64,000 bases of DNA from Nitrospirales bacterium (GTDB lineage Bacteria; Nitrospirota; Nitrospiria; Nitrospirales; UBA8639), in the NCBI GenBank assembly GCA_965223295.1, contig CBDCWC010000002.1:1408001-1472000 (forward strand). The letters are read 5' to 3'. A model generated the notes under the pieces. The model worked only from the letters and a program-made list of their open reading frames with translations, did no database searches and was not told the origin of the DNA. Made by a program: the position numbers and the translations under genes. Positions 57,439 through 64,000 of this stretch are shown piece by piece. The first letter of the stretch is position 1; each line of letters opens with the position of its first letter.

Positions 57439-58799
57439 GTATACAAGAAGAGCAGACTGTTCTTTCTCGGTTACTTATCCCTCTTTTTTCTCGCTTAACA
57501 CGAGAAAAACAGCCCTATTGTGTCTGCGGAAACTATAAGAATCTTCCCTTTCACACTGAAAATGATGTGGATTTATGGGCAAAAAACCCAAAGGCGGTGA
57601 TCGCTATTGTCAAAGAAGTCAGTACAGAGTGTGGCTTAACTCTTTATTTAGAAAATAAAAATGCAACCGGAAGTAATCTTTTTTTTTGGATACAAACTGA
57701 AATGGGACCTGTCACTGTACATCTCGACGTGCTTAGCGAGTGCCGTTGGCATTCCTTTTTGCCTCTCGTCAAGTCAAGAGAAATAGAACAACGACGCAAG
57801 AAATACAACGGCTTTATGGTTGCCACCGAGACAATCGATGCAGCTATGCACTTTATGCATCCGCTAACCCATTTTGGTGAAATACGTGAAAAATATTTTC
57901 ACGATTTTATAAGAGAGTCAAGCAACCCTGGTTTTAGAAGAATAATTGAAGCTGGGCTTGGGGCCACGTTCTATCAAGAGATCTCTCCACTTCTTCAGGC
58001 ACACAATTGGCAGGCCATAGAAAAAGCCTTCATTCGAAGAAAAAACGATGTGCTAATGCACGCAATACGACAAATGCGCGTGGCACAATGGCAGTCATTT
58101 TTTCGATTTATTGTTAGCAATCTACGACGACTCCTTCGGCCAAACGGGCTTTTTGTAGCTTTTGTGGGGCCAGATGGCTGTGGAAAAACAACTGTACAAG
58201 AAAATTTACAGCCATTTTTTGAGAAAGGATTTACAAAAGGAAAAATCAAGAAATTTTATTGGCGTCCATTCTTATTACCATTAATCAAGTCATTACTGCC
58301 TGGCACAAAAAACAAGAAGCTCGTAGCCTCCGATCCGGCAGAACGTTTAAAGCTACGCCACGCAAGCCTTGTTCAACAAATCACTCACATTGTGAAATTG
58401 TTTTACTATTGCTTTGATTTTCTTGTAGGCAGACTAAAATATCAGGCTGTATGGTCTAAAGGAGGGGTAGTGTGTTTTGATCGCTATTGGGATGATCTAT
58501 TGATTTTTCCAGAACGATTTGGTCTTTGTGTATCAAGTGTACTCGTTCGAGCTTTGGGCATCTTTGTCCCGAAACCAGATATTGTTTTTTATCTACATGC
58601 TGAGGCAGAAGTATTAACAGCTCGTAAATTGGAACTTCCTATCGAGGAAATGACACAACAAATTGCTGGATACAAAGAATTGGCTCAGAATAGACAGCAC
58701 TATGTTCAGATACAAGCAGATCTCTCGGAAGAGGATGTGGTATCGAACGTAGTCACGACCTGTCTAACAAAGATGTCAGACAGATATGATAAAACATGA
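57435..58799 (+). CDS. Nucleotidyltransferase-like domain fused to a thymidylate-kinase-like P-loop domain
   Basis: N-terminal NDVDL and HLD. C-terminal GPDGCGKTT, FDRY, PKPD, RKLE. Confidence 0.7.
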   Translation: MSIQEEQTVLSRLLIPLFSRLTREKQPYCVCGNYKNLPFHTENDVDLWAKNPKAVIAIVKEVSTECGLTLYLENKNATGSNLFFWIQTEMGPVTVHLDVLSECRWHSFLPLVKSREIEQRRKKYNGFMVATETIDAAMHFMHPLTHFGEIREKYFHDFIRESSNPGFRRIIEAGLGATFYQEISPLLQAHNWQAIEKAFIRRKNDVLMHAIRQMRVAQWQSFFRFIVSNLRRLLRPNGLFVAFVGPDGCGKTTVQENLQPFFEKGFTKGKIKKFYWRPFLLPLIKSLLPGTKNKKLVASDPAERLKLRHASLVQQITHIVKLFYYCFDFLVGRLKYQAVWSKGGVVCFDRYWDDLLIFPERFGLCVSSVLVRALGIFVPKPDIVFYLHAEAEVLTARKLELPIEEMTQQIAGYKELAQNRQHYVQIQADLSEEDVVSNVVTTCLTKMSDRYDKT

Positions 58800-60289
58800 C
58801 ACACGACCCACGGTTAAGGTGGTTAAAGTACTTTATTTCTGAAGGTGGGTTGGTTATTTTCCTCCCAGCCAATGCCACGGAAGCAACTATTACCACCTTA
58901 CGGGATGATGCAGCGACTGAGGCTTCCATTCAAATCATTGACCAACAACAAAATCTCTCCTCGATTTCACTAGCACGTACCTCTAACGAAAAGAAAAAAG
59001 TTGAAGGGATTCTCCATCTCATGAAAAGCAGAGAATCATCTACGACAGTTTCTAGAAAGTTTTCAGCGTGTGGGAAAAAAATAATTAGTGAATATGCCGT
59101 CCTTCCTTCCTGGGAAAATCCCCGGTGGTTTGTCCCAAAACATAGAACTCTTGCCCCGGGTCGTATGTCGCAAATGATCAATCCCTCTCGACCACTTTCG
59201 CGAGTGGCCATCTCAGCTTTTCGATTCCTCAAGGGGATCGGCCAGGAGCAATTGATTTTCCCTGATCGGCTTTTTATCAGCCGTAGAATCTCTGATGTTT
59301 CGTATGACCTTGACAATACCTTGCTTGGAAAGATTGGCAAGCAAGTAGAGGAACAAGTTTTTCCAGGAATTGTTTATTCAGGATCCTTTGGCCCTTTTCA
59401 AAAATTTACCCTCGAATTGCTAAATAGAGATGGCAAGCCAGTGGCCTTTGCAAAAATTGGACATAACAAATACAGCAAAGAAGCGATTCATCGAGAGAGT
59501 ATAGCTTTAGAACAGATGTATTCCCTTAATTTAGAAACCATGCGAGTACCTAAAGTCCTTGGAATGATGACATTGGGAAAATGGAACGACATGGTTTTAA
59601 TTCAAAAGCTTCTGGAAGGTGGAAAAATGATTCAAGGTCTCTCAAAAGTCTGCCTCCAGGGACTTATTGATCTTTTTCACGCCACGCGACAGAAAGAGGC
59701 TTTGCCACTCCAAGAATATTTAACCAAACTTTGTTCTCGGTTAAAAACCCTTGATACCAGTAGCCTGACAGACCACTATAGAAATATCCGAGATGATGTT
59801 ATTAACAACCTGACAAATCTTGGCATTCAATTTCCTGACAGTGTGATATTTGCGTCGCTTGGCCATGGCGACTTCACTAGATGGAATGTTCGCGAAAATC
59901 ATCAATCACTTTTTGTCATAGACTGGGAAGAAGCAGGTTTTCGGCCTCCTGGCCATGACCTGTTCAATCTACTATTTTCTGAGACCCTTCAGGCTAGAAG
60001 AAGGGGACCGGAAGCGGTGATCGACGAGTTTGCTAGCGCAATCGGAAAGAAGGACGAAAGGTCATGCAAAGCCTATTTTGTTGAAACATTGCAAACCTGT
60101 CAGCTTAAGCCTGACTTACTGATTATCCTGTATTTGGCCGAAAAGTTGGCCTACAGCCTTGAGCATGTTGAACAACATCGGCTTGGCGGCTACTCTGAAA
60201 AAGAAAGCTTTGCTCGCATTATCCCCGCTTTAGACATAGTCTTCAGACATTTTTATCGAAAAATTCAACATGATCTCACTTCGCCTTAA
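58796..60289 (+). CDS. Aminoglycoside-phosphotransferase/choline-kinase-like protein
   Basis: FAKIG...E, VP, HGDFTRWN, IDWE, DL. Confidence 0.75.
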   Translation: MTHDPRLRWLKYFISEGGLVIFLPANATEATITTLRDDAATEASIQIIDQQQNLSSISLARTSNEKKKVEGILHLMKSRESSTTVSRKFSACGKKIISEYAVLPSWENPRWFVPKHRTLAPGRMSQMINPSRPLSRVAISAFRFLKGIGQEQLIFPDRLFISRRISDVSYDLDNTLLGKIGKQVEEQVFPGIVYSGSFGPFQKFTLELLNRDGKPVAFAKIGHNKYSKEAIHRESIALEQMYSLNLETMRVPKVLGMMTLGKWNDMVLIQKLLEGGKMIQGLSKVCLQGLIDLFHATRQKEALPLQEYLTKLCSRLKTLDTSSLTDHYRNIRDDVINNLTNLGIQFPDSVIFASLGHGDFTRWNVRENHQSLFVIDWEEAGFRPPGHDLFNLLFSETLQARRRGPEAVIDEFASAIGKKDERSCKAYFVETLQTCQLKPDLLIILYLAEKLAYSLEHVEQHRLGGYSEKESFARIIPALDIVFRHFYRKIQHDLTSP

Positions 60290-60305
60290 CTAGCTAGTAC
60301 TAGAG

Positions 60306-61637
60306 TTATTGCTTCAAAGCCTCCCTTATATTCGCCAAGGCCAACGGAGAAGCATGAGTTTTTATGCCCAAAGCTTTCAGACAATATGCCCACATCGATA
60401 TATTGTAGAGGGCTTTACCCATTGCAGTACCAAGCGCAATACCCAAGATGCCGTGTCTATCTACCAATAACAAGCTGCACCCTATGCCCACCAGCCCCGC
60501 ACATATTCCCATAAACATCAGGACTGTTTGGCGATCAGTCATTGCCATGAACACTCCAGGAGATCCCACCATCACACTTATCGTCTGTCCGAAAATTAGG
60601 ATCATCAGAACACTGGAACCAGTTGCATATGTCGATCCAAATACGAACCCCAGTATCTCCTTAGAAGCTATAAATACGATAAGAGCAATGATCAGGGATG
60701 GAAGAGCTGCGGTTAATGCAGCCGCTTGTAATACTTTTTCTATTCTTGGCTTGTCGTTCACCGAAGAAAGTTGAGCAATGGTGGAAGGAATGACGCCATT
60801 GATGATAAGAAGAGGCATTTGTATGAACTTTGCCAACCTTGAGGCTGCACCGTAAATAGCGACATCAACATGGCTAACGAATGCCCCAGCAATCCAAAGA
60901 TGGGCTTCGTTTATCCCAATACCAGATAAGGCCAGAATTGATAAAGGTAGACCGATCCTTATTGGTTCCATGAGTGATAATCCTATTGTCTGCTCCGACC
61001 TCCGGTAGCTGTTTTTCACTAAAAGAAGAGCAAGAACAGCTGTAGAGACTAGCGCCCCAATAACAATAAACAACACATCTCGGATACCCGTATGGTCAGG
61101 ATTAAACCAAAGATATCCCAATGCCAGGGTTATGAATATGGCAGTGGATGCGCCATCAACAAAAGCCGCTATGCCTACTCGATGAAACCCCCGCAGGATG
61201 AAGGCAAGGTAAGTCTGTATAGCTCGCAAGATGAACCAGGCAGTCGTTAAACCCACGAGCTCACTCACCAAACGTGAATGAAACACCTGTTGCCCTATAT
61301 ATGGGCCAATAGCCCAGAAGTATAGGAGTCCACCTGTGAGGGCAAAGAGTCCAACCAAGAATGCCGTACCCTTAATGACGGGACGAACATTTTCGTGAGA
61401 AACACTGCTTGTGGAGATGAGGCGCATTACTGCCTGGTTCATACCTCCAAGGATGATGAGTTCTCCGAATACCACTACACTTGCAATCAGATAAAACGCA
61501 CCGACTTCCGCTTCATTGAGTATTCGTGTCAATAGGATATTCCAAGCAAGCGTGCCAAGCGTAAACAGGATTTTCCCCCCACTAGCCCAGAGCCCTCCAT
61601 ATTTGAGACGTCTAGTTATCAGTGCTTTAAGGGTCAT
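60306..61637 (-). CDS. wzx: Polysaccharide flippase
   Basis: 12 or more TM segments, LTR.L...EVG.F, VAIYGAA.R, HGILG.A. Confidence 0.8.
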   Translation of the reverse strand: MTLKALITRRLKYGGLWASGGKILFTLGTLAWNILLTRILNEAEVGAFYLIASVVVFGELIILGGMNQAVMRLISTSSVSHENVRPVIKGTAFLVGLFALTGGLLYFWAIGPYIGQQVFHSRLVSELVGLTTAWFILRAIQTYLAFILRGFHRVGIAAFVDGASTAIFITLALGYLWFNPDHTGIRDVLFIVIGALVSTAVLALLLVKNSYRRSEQTIGLSLMEPIRIGLPLSILALSGIGINEAHLWIAGAFVSHVDVAIYGAASRLAKFIQMPLLIINGVIPSTIAQLSSVNDKPRIEKVLQAAALTAALPSLIIALIVFIASKEILGFVFGSTYATGSSVLMILIFGQTISVMVGSPGVFMAMTDRQTVLMFMGICAGLVGIGCSLLLVDRHGILGIALGTAMGKALYNISMWAYCLKALGIKTHASPLALANIREALKQ

Positions 61638-62084
61638 TCTAAGCTACTTAATCTACAGGTGGCTCTTTGCGATAGGAAGAAAACAAGCAATCAAGGCGTC
61701 GGGTAACTTTTTTCGAGATGCGTCCTGAGAAATCAGCCAATAACCCTATTACCTACCACTACGTAGTCTATGATTTCATAGATGACGGGTAAAAAGGTTA
61801 GAGAGCGAGTAGACCCCAGGTGGATGTCGGGGAAGTGATAATCCGCAACTTCTCTAATTAAGGTCGTGGGATGAAAGCAGACAACATGTTAACTTTTGAG
61901 TCAGAATTTCTTTTCAGAAATTTTTAAAAATCTCCCCCAATCTCATTGCTTTCTAGAAACTTTGTGACATAAGCTCGTACATAAGTCGCTCCTAAACTTA
62001 TGTTGAAGGCTCCCTAGTATGACATACGTATCAAGCCTGCGCAAAGCTTGAACACTCGGGTATTTCCCATGAGAATCGCGTGTC

Positions 62085-63287
62085 GTGATGAAAGTACTCT
62101 TAGCAAATAAATTCTTTTTTCTTAATGGAGGTTCTGAGACCGTCTATTTCCAAGAACGAGATTTCTTGAAGAAGAATGGATTTGAAGTCGTAGATTTTTC
62201 AATGCAGGATAACAGGAACTTCCCCTCAGCTTATTCAAACTATTTCGTCAACAACGTGGAATACAGCTCTAGGGATTCACTCGTTAGCAACCTAAAGACT
62301 AGCCTTTCTTTTATTCGCTCAGGTGAAGCTGTACATAAATTATCTCAGCTCATTGATCGTACTCATCCCGAGATAGCTCACCTACACAACATTTATCATC
62401 AATTGACACCTTCAATTATTCCTATCTTGAAAAAAAAGGGCATTAAAGTCATTTTGACTTTACATGACGGTAAACTCATCTGTCCCTCCTATACGATGTT
62501 AAATCATGGTAAAATCTGCACTATTTGTAATGGGGACACCTTTTACAAGTCCGTAACGAGTCAATGTCAGGACTCTTCTAAAAAAGGAGTGCTTCTTGCC
62601 GCCGAAGCATACTGGCACAAATGGTGGGGGAATTATGACCATGTAGACCTGTTTATCGCACCAAGCGGATTTCTCAGAAATTTACTTGCCAAAAGAAAAA
62701 ATTTTGGCAACCGTGTCGTTGTCTTGCCCAACGGCATCGATACGAGCGCTTATATACCCGACTACGAAGACCACGGGTACGTGTTATACTTCGGGCGGTT
62801 ATCTAAGGAAAAAGGTGTAGAAACATTGCTAGAAGCCTATTCAAGCCTTGAAATACCATTAAAGATTGTAGGTACGGGACCACTGGAAGATGAATTGCGG
62901 ATGCGTTTCCCGGAAGTAGAGTTTCTTGGCTACCAAACGGGACAATCTTTAATTGAAATCGTAAAACACGCCTCTCTGGTTGTGGTCCCCTCGGAATGGA
63001 ATGAAAACTGTTCAATGGCCATACTCGAAGCTATGGCACTGGGAAAACCCATCATTGCCTCACGCGTTGGAGGCATTCCCGAACAAATCGACGATCAGAA
63101 AACGGGAATTCTATTTGATATGGGTAATGTCCAAAATTTACATGAAGGTATATCTTCCCTCTGGAGAAGGCCATCCCTACGCCAAGAAATGGGACGAGCC
63201 GCAAGACGTAAGCTTGAACAGGAATTTTCACTAGAGAAACATTGCGATAAACTGGTAGAGTTGTACAAATCAGTTGTTATGACATAA
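62085..63287 (+). CDS. Glycosyltransferase family 4
   Basis: GGSE, HLHN, TLHD, GRLSKEKG, PSEWNEN...ILEAMA.GKP, GGIPE. Confidence 0.92.
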   Translation: MMKVLLANKFFFLNGGSETVYFQERDFLKKNGFEVVDFSMQDNRNFPSAYSNYFVNNVEYSSRDSLVSNLKTSLSFIRSGEAVHKLSQLIDRTHPEIAHLHNIYHQLTPSIIPILKKKGIKVILTLHDGKLICPSYTMLNHGKICTICNGDTFYKSVTSQCQDSSKKGVLLAAEAYWHKWWGNYDHVDLFIAPSGFLRNLLAKRKNFGNRVVVLPNGIDTSAYIPDYEDHGYVLYFGRLSKEKGVETLLEAYSSLEIPLKIVGTGPLEDELRMRFPEVEFLGYQTGQSLIEIVKHASLVVVPSEWNENCSMAILEAMALGKPIIASRVGGIPEQIDDQKTGILFDMGNVQNLHEGISSLWRRPSLRQEMGRAARRKLEQEFSLEKHCDKLVELYKSVVMT

Positions 63288-63665
63288 TTGCTTCCCCCCT
63301 CCCCCTCAATACCAGATACCAAGTTAAGAAGTCTGTTTCGCAACGAAATGTTGAATGAGAAAAGCTCACGCCTAAATCACATTATGAATGGAAGTAAGAA
63401 GTGGGCGCATTGATAGCAAGCTGGCTCCAGTTGTTAGAAAAGACGCGTAACATAGTATCCGTGGACAAAGGAGTCCGCCGACTGTCTTCAACAGACAATA
63501 TTCCTGTCAACTCAACCTACGACTAGTGAAGTCTCTGTAATCTATTTTTATCCTGAATTTTGAAATTTATCATTAAGCTCGAATTTCATACGGAACTCGA
63601 AAGACCATAAATTATTCATCATGAGTTAGCTACATACTTATTGAACATGGAGATGGGAGACTAGA

Positions 63666-64000
63666 ATGGATTTAACGATTATTCCCACATATCGATGCGA
63701 TTCTCGTTGTCAGATGTGCTACATCTGGAAGAATCCGACTGATCCACGGGAAGAGGTCACACTAGAAACACTATCAAAGTTGCCGGCTGGATTTGATAAT
63801 CTCAATGTTTCTGGAGGTGAACCAACGCTGCGCAAAGATCTTGTTGAGATTGTCGATATCTTACACCCAAAAGCACGAATTTTAGAGTTAAGCTCCAATG
63901 GTTTGCACCCGGAGAAGTTTATACCAATTATTAAGAAATATCCTGACATCAAAGTTCGCTTCAGTCTTGAGGGTGATGAAGCCACAAGCAACTCAATTCG
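63666..64000 (+). CDS. Radical SAM protein, 3'-truncated by the window edge (absent from the ORF track)
   Basis: Manual translation: MDLTIIPTYRCDSRCQMCYIW...SGGEP...SSNG...SLEG. GGGAG RBS. Confidence 0.85.
   Translation, partial: MDLTIIPTYRCDSRCQMCYIWKNPTDPREEVTLETLSKLPAGFDNLNVSGGEPTLRKDLVEIVDILHPKARILELSSNGLHPEKFIPIIKKYPDIKVRFSLEGDEATSNSI

Noticed and set aside
63420-63500. Fifth degenerate family A copy (…TTCAACAGAC)
   Set aside because: Only about 10 bp match and no internal similarity.
1-64000. CRISPR array, tRNA, rRNA or cobalamin riboswitch
   Set aside because: No regularly spaced repeat-spacer array or recognisable RNA consensus seen by eye. An Infernal/tRNAscan run would be needed to exclude these fully.

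Overview
Bacterial chromosomal window of roughly 50% GC by eye, most likely from a Nitrospirales/Nitrospira-like organism (inference from gene content, a small Zn-ribbon protein and an intergenic repeat family; not verifiable here). (1) 1-26 kb, housekeeping and accessory genes: partial PA0069-type radical SAM protein, TPR proteins, a three-gene lysine-catabolism operon, a Tag-DUF488 fusion, rtcB, a GH15 hydrolase, a Ni/Co transporter, bfr and dnaE-accA. (2) 26.8-40.8 kb, a probable B12/CarH-controlled light-response locus with a consensus promoter overlapped by 11-bp-phased repeats. It holds the familiar photolyase, DUF523-DUF1722 and TIGR01777 genes, a second CarH and a CbiX chelatase. It also holds an unexplained exported module: three non-catalytic FGE-fold proteins, a heme-c DUF3365 protein, a cupredoxin-like protein, a 1-Cys peroxiredoxin and a PDZ protein. 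This is the strongest candidate for an undescribed system. (3) 44.7-64 kb, an AT-richer exopolysaccharide cluster (ExeA-LysM ATPase, degenerate tyrosine kinase, chain-length protein, IS3 element, Wzy-like protein, BNR propeller, two sulfotransferases, NTase-kinase fusion, APH-like kinase, Wzx, GT4, radical SAM). Two families of non-autonomous hairpin-forming mobile elements are also present. One has four ~190-bp copies, three with target-site duplications. The other is a single 162-bp palindrome. Both have rewritten host-gene C-termini. No rRNA, tRNA or CRISPR array was seen.
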